DNA of 64,000 bases, from NCBI GenBank assembly GCA_002011125.2, contig MTMF02000009.1, positions 968,989-1,032,988 on the forward strand, in the 5' to 3' direction. Below are positions 19,255 to 30,936 of this stretch, in pieces. Under the pieces are notes generated by a model. The model saw nothing but the letters and a program-made list of their open reading frames with translations. It was not told the origin of the DNA and made no database searches. A program made the translations under genes and the position numbers. The stretch comes from Candidatus Hydrothermarchaeum profundi. GTDB lineage: Archaea > Hydrothermarchaeota > Hydrothermarchaeia > Hydrothermarchaeales > Hydrothermarchaeaceae. Position 1 is the stretch's first letter. Each line of letters starts with the position of its first letter.

Positions 19255-20790
19255 TCACCGTTCTCCGATGAAAGTATACTCTGGAAATCTTTTCAGTATC
19301 ATACCTTCAATGCGGACAGGTAGAAGTTGTTTTGCAAGCTTTGAGGCTTCTTCTAGCTCCCACTCGGATTCCGCGTAAATATCAAAAAGCGGTTCTCCTT
19401 TGGCGACTTTTGTACCTTTGGTGATATATAGGTGTATTCCTGCGCCTTTACTCTTTGGAGAACCTGCAGCCCTAGCAACCTGCACAATCGCTTTGTTTGA
19501 TATATGCGTTACATATCCCCCCATGGGCGAATAAATAGTTTCTTTATATCTCCCGACCGATATATAGTCAGAGGTCACTTTAGGGTCTCCGCCTTGAGCC
19601 TCTATTATCTCTTTCATCTTTTTAAGAGCTTTGCCTGATTTCAATATCTCCATTGCCGCTTGTTTTCCATTCCCTTTAGTTGCGATCCCTCCAGCCTCTA
19701 GTAATATACCTGCGATATCAGTTGACTTCTCGATTAGACTACTTGGTCCTTCACCTTCTAATGCTTTCAATCCTTCTTTAGCTTCTAGCGCAGGTCCTAC
19801 AGCTCTCCCTATAGGCTTGTCACCATATGTGACAGCGCACTCAACCGTTATATCCAATCTCTCCCCTAATTCTAAGAAATCTCTAGCATATTTCCTAGCA
19901 TCTTCCATGGTGGGAATCTTAGTTTCAGAGCCCATGGGTAAGTCTATCACTACAAAATCTGCACCTACCGCATATTTTTTAGCCATGACAGAGCATAGAG
20001 CTAGATAATGAGGATCAATTGCTAAAGGATACTCGACTCTTATAAATATATCATCTGCAGGAGCAAGGTTTACACCGCCGCCCCATGCTATTATTCCATT
20101 AGTCCTATCGACTATCTCTACTATTTCGCTTGCGTTAAATGTAACTGGTGCTAAGACTTCCATAATATCCGCTGTCCCACATGCTGATGTGATAGCTCGA
20201 GAAGAAGTTTTTGGGATTGCAAGACCAGCTGCCGCTACTATAGGAACTACCAGCAACGTGATTTTGTTTCCCGGTACCCCTCCAAGACTATGCTTGTCGA
20301 ATACTGGTTTCTTCCTAATTTCTAATATTTCGCCGGTTTCAGCCATCTTTTTTGATAGATAAGCCGCTTCATCTATATTTAGCCCATTTATATAAATAGC
20401 TGAGACGAAAGCGGTAATCTCTACCTCACTTAATCTCCCGGTGACCACATCTTTGACTATAGATTCGAACTCTGCCTCACTCAGAGTAACCCCCTGCATT
20501 TTCTTTCTTATATATTCCACCGACTTGGGCTTCTCGGTAGGGGCCACTATGATATCATCGCTCTCTTTCACTCCCATAGTCTTAAGTATGTCAGCTGAGA
20601 TGCCTATCTCTCCAGCCTTTATTACGGTTTTAGTTGTATTTACTACGGCGACTATCGATTTTCCGCGTGAGAAAAGTTTTATTCTATCTTTAGGACGAAC
20701 TCCAAGTTTTTTAGCATCAGTTTCATTTAGAGTTGCTTCGTATCTCCCTATCTCTAAATCAAAGATTTTAGCTTTTAAAGTTATTTCCAT
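19255..20790 (-). CDS. deoA: AMP phosphorylase
   Basis: N-terminal double-psi barrel, DKHSLGGVPGNK, PKTSSRAITSACGTAD, WGGGVNLAPADD, PIGRAVGPALEA. Confidence 0.93.
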   Translation of the reverse strand: MEITLKAKIFDLEIGRYEATLNETDAKKLGVRPKDRIKLFSRGKSIVAVVNTTKTVIKAGEIGISADILKTMGVKESDDIIVAPTEKPKSVEYIRKKMQGVTLSEAEFESIVKDVVTGRLSEVEITAFVSAIYINGLNIDEAAYLSKKMAETGEILEIRKKPVFDKHSLGGVPGNKITLLVVPIVAAAGLAIPKTSSRAITSACGTADIMEVLAPVTFNASEIVEIVDRTNGIIAWGGGVNLAPADDIFIRVEYPLAIDPHYLALCSVMAKKYAVGADFVVIDLPMGSETKIPTMEDARKYARDFLELGERLDITVECAVTYGDKPIGRAVGPALEAKEGLKALEGEGPSSLIEKSTDIAGILLEAGGIATKGNGKQAAMEILKSGKALKKMKEIIEAQGGDPKVTSDYISVGRYKETIYSPMGGYVTHISNKAIVQVARAAGSPKSKGAGIHLYITKGTKVAKGEPLFDIYAESEWELEEASKLAKQLLPVRIEGMILKRFPEYTFIGER

Positions 20791-20823
20791 TTTATCACTC
20801 TTTATATTTGTAGACTACTCTTT

Positions 20824-21747
20824 TTAAAAGAAGTGGTCTATTGACTTTTGATTTTTAGTGATCCTTTTTTGCCGAGAAATAACAAATTCTTGGAAGCGTT
20901 CTATAGATTTGAATTTTAAGTTCTTTATCCCACGGTAACTCCAGTTTGTAGCGTTTATACTAGCTACAGTATTAGCTATATTAGCGCTTTTTAAAGGATT
21001 TCCTGTCTTAAGGTATGATGAAATGAAAGCCCCAGCAAAAGAATCACCACATCCAGTAAGGTCTAGGATCTTTTGTTGGTAAGGAGTAGCGGATAGAGTT
21101 GTTTCTCCTTTTTCGATTATCGCGCTCCCGTCTATCCCAATAGTTACAACTATTAAGTTATGTTTCATTTTTTTTAATGAACTCAGAGCGTTTCCCAATC
21201 TTTTAGTCTTAGTTAATAACACGGCTTCTTCCTCGTTAAGAGAAAATACATCTACCATCGGGATAAGTTTTATAATCTCTTTCCTATATCTTGGTAGATA
21301 GCCGAGATGAGTGTTAAGGGATATTAATGCGTCCGTTTTTTTCCGTAGAAATTTTATAAAAGATGCTTGTTTAGTTGAAGCCATCGGTGCTAGATGGAAA
21401 GCCTTAGCATTCAGGTACTCCTGCGGAATGTCTCTTGGGCGTATATACACCCCTACGTTTAAGGAGTATTCCTTATAAACTGCTGTTCCATCCTTAGCAT
21501 ATTCGATCACAAAGTTTGTGCTTTTACCTCTTACTTTTTTTATGCCCCTTATATCAATTCCAGCTCTTTTGATGTCCATAAAAAAATCCTGCGGGAAGTC
21601 CTTTCCAACTCTAGAAACAACTCCTGTTTGGTTAAAAATTTTAGCGGCCATCGCAGAGTATATCGCAGCTCCTCCAAGCTGAAGCTCATAGCCGCCGTCA
21701 ATTCTCACTTTATCTATACTAGCATGCCCTATTGTAACTACGTCCAT
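20824..21747 (-). CDS. PfkB/ribokinase-family kinase
   Basis: GGAAIYSA, VGKDF, NEEEA, DLTGCGDSFAGAF. ATG at 21747 follows GGAG (track start 21765). Confidence 0.9.
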   Translation of the reverse strand: MDVVTIGHASIDKVRIDGGYELQLGGAAIYSAMAAKIFNQTGVVSRVGKDFPQDFFMDIKRAGIDIRGIKKVRGKSTNFVIEYAKDGTAVYKEYSLNVGVYIRPRDIPQEYLNAKAFHLAPMASTKQASFIKFLRKKTDALISLNTHLGYLPRYRKEIIKLIPMVDVFSLNEEEAVLLTKTKRLGNALSSLKKMKHNLIVVTIGIDGSAIIEKGETTLSATPYQQKILDLTGCGDSFAGAFISSYLKTGNPLKSANIANTVASINATNWSYRGIKNLKFKSIERFQEFVISRQKRITKNQKSIDHFF

Positions 21748-21977
21748 GAGGAATTCTCCTGGCATTCAGTAGTTAATTAATCTATTGAAATAATTATAGA
21801 TTTATTGCATTAGAGCTTTAAATTAATTCTGAGGAATATCAATAATGCTAATTTCTTTTTCAGCGTCTTTCTTATTATCCTGCGATTATAGTTAATCTCG
21901 AGTTCTCACTCTTTCTGATAGTAGTTCTGATCCTCACTCCAAAGTATTTTTATGTTTCTCTTTCAGAAGAATTTCTA

Positions 21978-22757
21978 GTGAACTCGAGATCAGTTGCAAC
22001 AAAACGGGTTAAATTTAAGAATGACAGAGGTTTAAAATTATCGGGAATATTGGATTACCCAGTATATGTTGAAAAAAAATTTCCTGCTGTGGTGATTTGT
22101 CCTCATTTTACTGGATTCAAGGAGATAAAACATTATTACAATCTCGCAAAAATTTTAACTATGAATGGTTTTGTCGCATTGAGATTTGACTTCTCAGATT
22201 GTATAGGAGAAAGCGAGGGTTCTTGTGAGGACATGATGCTCACTCACCAAGTGAGAGATGTTTTCTCTGCACTTGATTTTATGGAAAAGCAATATATTGT
22301 TGATCCTATGAGACTTGGAATCATAGGGCACTCACTTGGCGGTACTACGGCAATAGTTGCTGCAGCTAAAGATAATAGGATAAGAGCATTGGTTGTAGTT
22401 GCTCCAGCTAGAGCCGACATTTTCGGTTCTAAATTAATTGAAGAGTGGAGAAAAGATGGATATATGACTTTTAGGACTTATAAGAGAGGTGAAATTAGAG
22501 TTAAGTGGAGCTTCTATGAGGATCTTAAGAAATATGAGTTAACTAGATTAGTTAAGAAAGTCAGATGTCCACTAAGGATAATTCATGGAAGTGCAGATGA
22601 GTTATTTGATATAGAAGCTGCCAAGATATTATATGCGAATGCGAATAAGCCTAAAGACCTTAAAGTCATTGAAGGAGCCGATCATTTTTTTAATGATGAA
22701 AAATATGGAGAACAGATGATAGATCTGACTGTTGAATGGTTTAAAGAGAAACTTTAA
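21978..22757 (+). CDS. alpha/beta hydrolase
   Basis: HFTGFKE, RFDF, GHSLGG nucleophile elbow, IIHGSAD, GADHFF. Confidence 0.88.
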   Translation: MNSRSVATKRVKFKNDRGLKLSGILDYPVYVEKKFPAVVICPHFTGFKEIKHYYNLAKILTMNGFVALRFDFSDCIGESEGSCEDMMLTHQVRDVFSALDFMEKQYIVDPMRLGIIGHSLGGTTAIVAAAKDNRIRALVVVAPARADIFGSKLIEEWRKDGYMTFRTYKRGEIRVKWSFYEDLKKYELTRLVKKVRCPLRIIHGSADELFDIEAAKILYANANKPKDLKVIEGADHFFNDEKYGEQMIDLTVEWFKEKL

Positions 22758-23056
22758 CTGCTTTTCTCTTTCTCTAACTGCTCTCTACCAGAACCCCTAG
22801 TACAATAATACTGCCATCTCAAATTCATTTCGCTTTGGACCGGGCACGGAGGACACATGCAGCCTTTCTCTTCCTCTATCATCTCACTTTTCCCGATCCC
22901 ACAAAATAGTAATTTAGTTTCCCCAGTACCAGAATATGTGGGACATTTTCCACAGTAATTAGCACAGATCTTAGATGCAGTTTCCATTCTTTTTTTAATT
23001 TCTTCTTCTGATAACTTGGACATTTCTTTTAAAACGTCTTCATATTTTTTAGCCAT
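22754..23056 (-). CDS. DUF2769-like Cys-rich protein
   Basis: C..YCGKCPTY...LFCG.GKS...GCMCPPCPV...YYC.RG. Confidence 0.8.
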   Translation of the reverse strand: MAKKYEDVLKEMSKLSEEEIKKRMETASKICANYCGKCPTYSGTGETKLLFCGIGKSEMIEEEKGCMCPPCPVQSEMNLRWQYYCTRGSGREQLEKEKSS

Positions 23057-23146
23057 AAGCAATCACAGTTGGGATTCAGCTAATAAATTATATAAAACGT
23101 TAGCATGATTATCGTAGGCTGGATTCGATTCTCAATGATTTTAAAC

Positions 23147-23800
23147 TCATTTTCTTTCTTTAAAAACATGGATTAATACCATCCCCGTGATGAAACCGCC
23201 AATATGAGCGAAATATGCGACTCCTCCAACGTTAGAACTCATCTGTGGTAATACTGTTACTCCTGTGAATAGTTGTATTATGAACCAAAACCCTAAGACC
23301 CAGATTGCTGGTAGTGTGATCCACCTTATAAAATATCCGAATATTACTATACAATGAACTCTAGCATGAGGGTATGTTACAAAATAGGCTCCTAATATTC
23401 CAGCAACTGCACCGGAGGCTCCTAGATTTGGCACAGTTGAATACGGATTGACCCATATTTGGGTTGCAGCCGCTCCTAGCCCAGATAGAATATAAAATAT
23501 TATGAATTTAAACCGTCCAACGATGTCTTCTATATTATCACCAAAGATGTAGAGGTACAGCATATTGCCCATTATGTGCATCATACCTCCGTGTAAAAAC
23601 ATAGAAGTAAGAAGCGTGTAGAGGCTAGTGCCATTCATTATATTAGCAGGTATTAGAGCATAAGCTCTAAGGAAACCAAAAAGGTCTCCACTAAAAGAGA
23701 GGGCTATTTCATACAGGAATACGACTCCATTTATTAAAATAAGGGTATATGTTACTATTGGAGTTCGCCGTGAAGGATTGTCATCTTTTATTGGAATCAT
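23147..23800 (-). CDS. rhomboid intramembrane serine protease
   Basis: MIPIKDDNP start (23800), SMFLHGG..HI.GNM.YL.IFGDNIED, GASGA, AYFAHIGGF. Confidence 0.93.
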   Translation of the reverse strand: MIPIKDDNPSRRTPIVTYTLILINGVVFLYEIALSFSGDLFGFLRAYALIPANIMNGTSLYTLLTSMFLHGGMMHIMGNMLYLYIFGDNIEDIVGRFKFIIFYILSGLGAAATQIWVNPYSTVPNLGASGAVAGILGAYFVTYPHARVHCIVIFGYFIRWITLPAIWVLGFWFIIQLFTGVTVLPQMSSNVGGVAYFAHIGGFITGMVLIHVFKERK

Positions 23801-23852
23801 ATCCTTGTTTACCCAAACTTTAAATATAAGACTGTTGGTATTCCGGAATTTA

Positions 23853-25243
23853 ATGAGAATTGTAATGAAATTTGGAGGAAGTTCTCTCAAAAACGGAGAG
23901 ATGATTAGTAAAACAGCTCAGATAGTTAAGGACTATAAGCCGGAAGAATGTGTCCTAGTAGTTTCGGCCATGCAGGGAGTTACGGACCAGCTGATTGAAA
24001 CCGCTAACAAAATAGCTGAAGGCCTTTTAGATGAAGAAGAAATAAGAAATTTTGTTGGGGATTTACAAGAAAGGCATCGGGTTGCCACAGTGAAGGCGGT
24101 AACTGGTGAACATCAAGAACCAGTTTTAATTGATATAGAAAAATTATGCTCCGAACTCGAAAAAGTATTGATAGGTATCTCCTATGTAGGAGAGTTGACT
24201 CCTAGGTCCATAGATTATGTGATGTCTTTCGGTGAGAGGCTTTCAGCACCAATTGTATCTGGAGCCCTTAGAAGTCTTGGAGTTGAATCACAGTGGCTTA
24301 CTGGATACGATGCGGGAATTGTAACAGATTCCAATTTTGGAAGAGCAAGCCCAATATGGGATTTAACCAATGAAAGAGTTAAAGCTACTCTCTCCCCTGT
24401 GATAACTAGAGGGGAAGTTCCGGTAGTTACAGGGTTTATAGCTGGAGACATGCGTGGACGTATTACTACTTTAAGCCGTGGTGGTTCTGATTTTACTGCC
24501 GCTATCATTGGAGCCGCCTTAAGTGTGGATGAAATATGGATCTGGACGGATGTGGATGGGATAATGAGCACAGATCCTAGGATGGTCAAAGAGGCGAGAA
24601 CCATAAAAGTTATATCATTTATGGAAGCGATGGAGCTTGCTTATTTTGGTGCCAAGGTTCTTCATCCTAAAACAATCGAGCCAGCGATGGAGAAAGATAT
24701 CCCTGTGAGGGTTAGGAACACTTTTAACCCTGCTAATGAAGGCACAGTAATAGTAAGAGAGCAAGAGCAGGTTGTGGATGTTGTTAAGGCTATAAGCGTC
24801 ATGGAGAATGTGGCACTCCTCAATGTGTCTGGAGTGGGTATGATAGGAATACCTGGAGTCGCAGCAAAAGTATTTAGCGCCCTAGCAGAGGAAAAGGTGA
24901 ACATATTAATGATATCCCAAGGGTCAAGTGAGGTTAATATCTCAATCATAGTTGAGAAGGAAGACCTTAAAAAGGCTGTGAGAATCTTAGAGAGGGTTTT
25001 TGCTGATAAGAGTATTGTTAAAGATGTTCAATACAATGAGGATGTAGCTATAATCGCGGTAGTTGGAGCTGGAATGAGAGGTACTAAGGGGGTAGCTGCT
25101 AGAGTATTTAAGGCAGTAGCAGATGCTGGTGTTAACGTATTAATGATAGCTCAGGGTTCGAGCGAAGTAAATATATCATTCATCGTTCTAAGAAAAGATG
25201 CCGTTAAAGCGGCAAAGGCCCTCCATGATGAGTTTATAAAGAA

Positions 25244-25247
<4 letters not shown>
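23853..25247 (+). CDS. lysC: aspartate kinase with ACT domains
   Basis: [11 protein letters not shown] (start 23853), [34 protein letters not shown], two C-terminal ACT repeats. Confidence 0.95.
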
Positions 25248-26407
<1,160 letters not shown>

Positions 26408-26507
26408 TTATGTTTCCTCCATCTTTCTATAGAAGTAATTAGATATAAAAAGTATTTCTAAAAGAGGGTATAGATTTTTTTTAATATTTTCAAGGATCAT
26501 TTTCAGA

Positions 26508-29500
26508 TTACTCGAAATCTTCTAATCTCAGCTCATGAACGTGTCCTTTATGGTATTCGTCAATGGATCTTATGCTCATCTCTCCTTTCTTTATACTTTC
26601 TAAGGCCATCACAGCCGCTTTCGCTCCAGTTAAAGTTGTAATATAGGGTATATTCAGGTCTACTGCGTATCTCCTAATATAATACCCGTCAGTGAAAGGG
26701 ATCTTGCCTCCAGTCGGAGTGTTTATAATGAGGTCGACCTCTCTCGCCATCATTATATCGAGTATATTTGGTGAGCCTTCTCTAATTTTTTTAACTAAGT
26801 TACCAGGGATACCATTTTTTTCGAGTATTTGAAGTGTTCCATCAGTTGCAAGAATTTTAAACCCTAGTTCATGAAACTTCCTTGCTATCGGGATAATTTT
26901 TTCTCCATCTCCTCTTCTTATACTTATAAAGACTTTACCTTCCCTTGGCAGAGCATTTCCAGCTGCGAGCTGGGATTTAAAATAGGCTTTTCCAAAATCA
27001 AAATCGATGCCCATCACTTCTCCAGTCGACTTCATTTCTGGACCAAGCACCGGATCAACTCCGGGAAGTTTTACAAATGGGAATACGGCTTCTTTTACTG
27101 CAACATGACGTATTTTCCTTTCTCCGATATACCCCAATTCTTTGAGGGTCTTACCGATCATCACTTTAGTTGCGATCTTTGCCATCGGGACTCCAATTGC
27201 TTTACTCACATATGGAATAGTTCTGCTTGCTCGGGGATTGGCTTCTAACACATAAACTACCTCATCCTTCACTGCATACTGGATGTTCAAAAGCCCTACT
27301 ACATTTAATTCTCTAGCGAGGCTAATAGTATATTCTTTTATCTTTCTAATAACCTCCTTACCAAGAGTCTGAGGTGGGAGTACGCAGGCCGAGTCACCAG
27401 AGTGGATTCCTGCGTGTTCGATATGCTCCATTATACCCCCTATGAAGACATCTTTTCCATCGGAAACAGCATCGACGTCAACCTCAACAGCGTCCTGAAG
27501 GAACTTATCCACAAGTACGGGATGGTCTTCGGAAACATCCACCGCTTCTTTCATATATTTTTTCATCTGAAAGTCATCGTAAACTATCTCCATTGCTCTC
27601 CCGCCTAGTACGTAAGATGGTCTAACTAGAACTGGATATCCTATCCTTTCAGCTATCTCTAGGGCATCTTCAATAGAATATCCTGTGCCATATGCAGCTT
27701 GAGGAATACCAAGCTTATTGAGTACCTCTGTAAACTTCTCTCTATCCTCCGCTCTATCTATATCTTTAGGAGACGTTCCAATGATTTTTACTCCTTTTTT
27801 CGCTAAGGGTACCGCTAAATTTAGGGAGGTTTGACCTCCAAATTGCACTATTACTCCATCCGGCTTCTCCTTTTCTATAATATTCATGACATCCTCAAAA
27901 GTCAGAGGCTCGAAATAAAGCTTATCGGATGTATCGTAGTCGGTAGAGACCGTTTCAGGGTTATTATTGATAATAATAGCTTCTATTCCCTCTTCTCTTA
28001 ATGAAAGTACCCCATGTACACAGCAGTAATCGAACTCTATACCTTGGGCGATTCTTATTGGTCCTCCTCCTAAAATTATTATCTTTTTTTTGGAGGTCAC
28101 CATTACCTCATCAAATTCGTCATATGAGGAGTAATAGTAGGGAGTTGCAGCTTGAAATTCAGCCGCGCATGTATCAACCATTTTATACACGGGTTTTATA
28201 CTATTCCTGCGTTTTCTAACATCTCCCTCTTTAACCTGCCAGATAAATGCTAGTTGCTTATCAGAGAACCCTAGTCTTTTAGCTGATTTGAGGAGGCTAT
28301 CAGGCGCGTTGTAAAGGTTATATTTCGCAAGCCTCTCTTCCATTTTTAATATATTTCTAATTTTCTCTAAGAAAAAGGGGCTAATTCCTGTGAGTTTATT
28401 GATCTCTCCTACGCTCAGTCCAGCTTTTAGTGCGTCGTAGATATAAAATATCCGAGCATCTGTTGGTGTTTTTAAATTTCTTTTTATAACTTCTAGATCC
28501 CTTTCCTCTTTTCTTCCATCGCAACAGATACCAAGTCTTCTTATGTCTAAAGATCGTATTGCTTTTTGAAGGCTCTCCTCAAAGCTTCTCCCAATTGCCA
28601 TCACTTCTCCAGTCGACTTCATCTGCGTACCTATTTCTTTTTCTGCTGTGCTAAACTTGTCGAAGGGCCATCGAGGTATCTTAGTAACCACATAATCTAG
28701 TGCAGGTTCAAAGCAAGCGGGAGTTTCTTTAGTCACATCGTTAGGTATTTCATCTAACGTCATGCCCACTGCTATCTTCGCAGCAATTTTAGCAATCGGA
28801 TAGCCTGTAGCCTTGGAAGCGAGAGCAGAGCTTCTCGATACTCTCGGGTTTACCTCTATTACATAATATTCCCATTTGTACGGGTTGACTGCAAATTGAA
28901 TATTACAACCCCCCTCGATTTTTAATGCTCTAATTATCTTTAGAGCCGCGCTTCTTAAGCGTTGATGATCATTATCACTAAGGGTCTGAGCAGGAGCCAC
29001 GACTATACTCTCTCCTGTATGGATTCCCATTGGGTCAATGTTTTCCATGTTGCAGACTGTAATGCAATTGTCTGCTCTATCCCGCATTACCTCATATTCG
29101 AATTCATACCAGCCTAAGAGAGATTTCTCAATGAGAATCTGATGAACCATACTAGCTTCTAGTCCTCTTTTCGCTATTTTTTCTAAATCCGTTTCATTTC
29201 TAGCTACGCCGCCACCTGTTCCACCTAAAGTGTATGCGGGTCTTATTATAACTGGATAACCTATCTTCTCGGCGGCAACTTTAGCATCGTCTAAAGTAGT
29301 AACCGCATAGCTTTCAGGTATAGGTTCATTTATGTCTATCATAAGTTTGGCAAATAACTCCCGATCTTCAGCTTGCTTGATCGTTTCTACCGAAGTTCCG
29401 AGGGTTTCAACACAGTTTTCCTTAAATACACCTAAATCTGCCAATTGGGCGGTTAGGTTTAAACCGGTTTGACCTCCCATAGTACCTAAGAATCCGTCAG

Positions 29501-29756
29501 GTTTCTCTTTTTTTATTATCTCTGCCACTATCTCAGGTTGAAGAGGTTCTATGTAAATGGTATCAGCTATCTCTTTATCGGTTTGAATAGTAGCGGGATT
29601 GGAATTCACTAATACTACTTTATAGCCTTCTTCTCTCAGCGATTTACAAGCTTGGGATCCTGAATAGTCGAATTCAGCTGCTTGGCCAATTATGATCGGT
29701 CCAGAACCCACTACCATGATTTTCTCTATATCTTCACGTTTTGGCGACTTTTTCAC
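26508..29756 (-). CDS. carB: carbamoyl-phosphate synthase large subunit
   Basis: GSGPIIIGQAAEFDYSG, duplicated ATP-grasp domains (IEVNPRVSRSS, LEANPRASR), C-terminal MGS domain. Confidence 0.97.
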   Translation of the reverse strand: MKKSPKREDIEKIMVVGSGPIIIGQAAEFDYSGSQACKSLREEGYKVVLVNSNPATIQTDKEIADTIYIEPLQPEIVAEIIKKEKPDGFLGTMGGQTGLNLTAQLADLGVFKENCVETLGTSVETIKQAEDRELFAKLMIDINEPIPESYAVTTLDDAKVAAEKIGYPVIIRPAYTLGGTGGGVARNETDLEKIAKRGLEASMVHQILIEKSLLGWYEFEYEVMRDRADNCITVCNMENIDPMGIHTGESIVVAPAQTLSDNDHQRLRSAALKIIRALKIEGGCNIQFAVNPYKWEYYVIEVNPRVSRSSALASKATGYPIAKIAAKIAVGMTLDEIPNDVTKETPACFEPALDYVVTKIPRWPFDKFSTAEKEIGTQMKSTGEVMAIGRSFEESLQKAIRSLDIRRLGICCDGRKEERDLEVIKRNLKTPTDARIFYIYDALKAGLSVGEINKLTGISPFFLEKIRNILKMEERLAKYNLYNAPDSLLKSAKRLGFSDKQLAFIWQVKEGDVRKRRNSIKPVYKMVDTCAAEFQAATPYYYSSYDEFDEVMVTSKKKIIILGGGPIRIAQGIEFDYCCVHGVLSLREEGIEAIIINNNPETVSTDYDTSDKLYFEPLTFEDVMNIIEKEKPDGVIVQFGGQTSLNLAVPLAKKGVKIIGTSPKDIDRAEDREKFTEVLNKLGIPQAAYGTGYSIEDALEIAERIGYPVLVRPSYVLGGRAMEIVYDDFQMKKYMKEAVDVSEDHPVLVDKFLQDAVEVDVDAVSDGKDVFIGGIMEHIEHAGIHSGDSACVLPPQTLGKEVIRKIKEYTISLARELNVVGLLNIQYAVKDEVVYVLEANPRASRTIPYVSKAIGVPMAKIATKVMIGKTLKELGYIGERKIRHVAVKEAVFPFVKLPGVDPVLGPEMKSTGEVMGIDFDFGKAYFKSQLAAGNALPREGKVFISIRRGDGEKIIPIARKFHELGFKILATDGTLQILEKNGIPGNLVKKIREGSPNILDIMMAREVDLIINTPTGGKIPFTDGYYIRRYAVDLNIPYITTLTGAKAAVMALESIKKGEMSIRSIDEYHKGHVHELRLEDFE

Positions 29757-30841
29757 CTCCAGTAATCTTCCATCATTTTCAAAAATTCATCAAAAAGATA
29801 TTCGTTATCATGGGGCCCTGGGTGAGCTTCTGGATGATATTGTATAGAAAAAATAGGGAGTTCTTCATGCCGCATTCCTTCGACTGTATTATCATTTAAA
29901 TTAATATGGGTAACATTAAATCCTGTGCCTTCCAAGGAAGCAGCATCAACCGCATATCCATGGTTTTGGGACGTTATAAACGCTTTCCCTCTAATATAGT
30001 CCCTTACAGGCTGGTTACTCCCTCGATGTCCGAATTTTAGTTTGTATGTTTTTGCACCTGCCGCTAAGGCAAGAAGTTGATGTCCTAAGCAGATCCCAAC
30101 GATAGGCCTCTCTACCATTAGTTTTTTGATAGTTTCTATAACGTATGAGGCTTTTACAGGATCTCCAGGCCCATTAGAGATAACGATTCCTGCAGGCTCC
30201 AGATTTAGGATCTCTTCAGGTTTTGTTGTAGCAGGTACTACGTAGACATCCAATCCTCTTTTTAGGAGGTCTCTTAATATGCTTAATTTTAAACCACAGT
30301 CTAATAGGACTACTTTTTGTTTCCCTTTTCCTTTATATAGTTTAATTTCTTTGGACGTGACTCTCTTTACTAAATCTAGTTCAGAAATGTCTTTTTGTGA
30401 TCTAGCTTTTTCGAGTATCTCCCCTCCATTAATTGGCGACTCAGAAGTTTTTAGTCCACCTTTCATTGTTCCGTATTTTCTTATTTTTATTGTCAGCGCT
30501 CTGGTATCAATTTCAGATATTCCAGGAACACCCTCTTCTCTTAAAAAATCATGGATAGTCTTTATCGAGGATCTATGGCTTGGAATTAGGCAGTTCTCTC
30601 TAACCACAAAGCCTTCAGCTTTAATTCCATCCGATTCAAAGTCCTCTTTATTAACACCATAATTTCCAATCAGAGGATAAGTCAACATAAGTATTTGGCC
30701 AGTATAGCTCGGGTCAGTAAGGGCTTCTTGGTAGCCGCACATGCTAGTATTAAATACCACTTCACCATAGACCTCTTTCTCTGCACCGAAACCCACACCC
30801 TCTAAGATTGTACCATCTTCTAGCACTAAGGTAGCATACAT
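29753..30841 (-). CDS. carA: carbamoyl-phosphate synthase small subunit
   Basis: GEVVFNT, TDPSY.GQ, SNGPGDP, GICLGHQ, QYHPEA. Confidence 0.97.
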   Translation of the reverse strand: MYATLVLEDGTILEGVGFGAEKEVYGEVVFNTSMCGYQEALTDPSYTGQILMLTYPLIGNYGVNKEDFESDGIKAEGFVVRENCLIPSHRSSIKTIHDFLREEGVPGISEIDTRALTIKIRKYGTMKGGLKTSESPINGGEILEKARSQKDISELDLVKRVTSKEIKLYKGKGKQKVVLLDCGLKLSILRDLLKRGLDVYVVPATTKPEEILNLEPAGIVISNGPGDPVKASYVIETIKKLMVERPIVGICLGHQLLALAAGAKTYKLKFGHRGSNQPVRDYIRGKAFITSQNHGYAVDAASLEGTGFNVTHINLNDNTVEGMRHEELPIFSIQYHPEAHPGPHDNEYLFDEFLKMMEDYWR

Positions 30842-30861
30842 TCTTTATACCAATAAATTTA

Positions 30862-30907
30862 TATATGATTCAATTATAAAAGTTTTATGTCATATTTGAA
30901 TCAAATA
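30862..30907. promoter_or_regulatory. inverted repeat in the divergent carA / ACT-regulator promoter (putative operator)
   Basis: TATATGATTCAA (30862-30873) and TTGAATCAAATA (30896-30907), 11/12 complementary, flanking TATA-like sequence. Confidence 0.4.
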
Positions 30908-30936
30908 ATATAAAAATGAATTATTTATAATATAAA

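Noticed and set aside
21895-21990. 11-bp inverted repeat ATCTCGAGTTC / GAACTCGAGAT around the hydrolase promoter
   Set aside because: Single short occurrence built on a 6-bp palindrome, with no target-site duplication or second copy to suggest a MITE; may be chance.
23063-23146. Possible C/D-box sRNA or tRNA fragment (ATGATTA...GGATTCGATTCTC...ATGATT)
   Set aside because: No convincing CTGA D boxes or cloverleaf; not supportable by eye.
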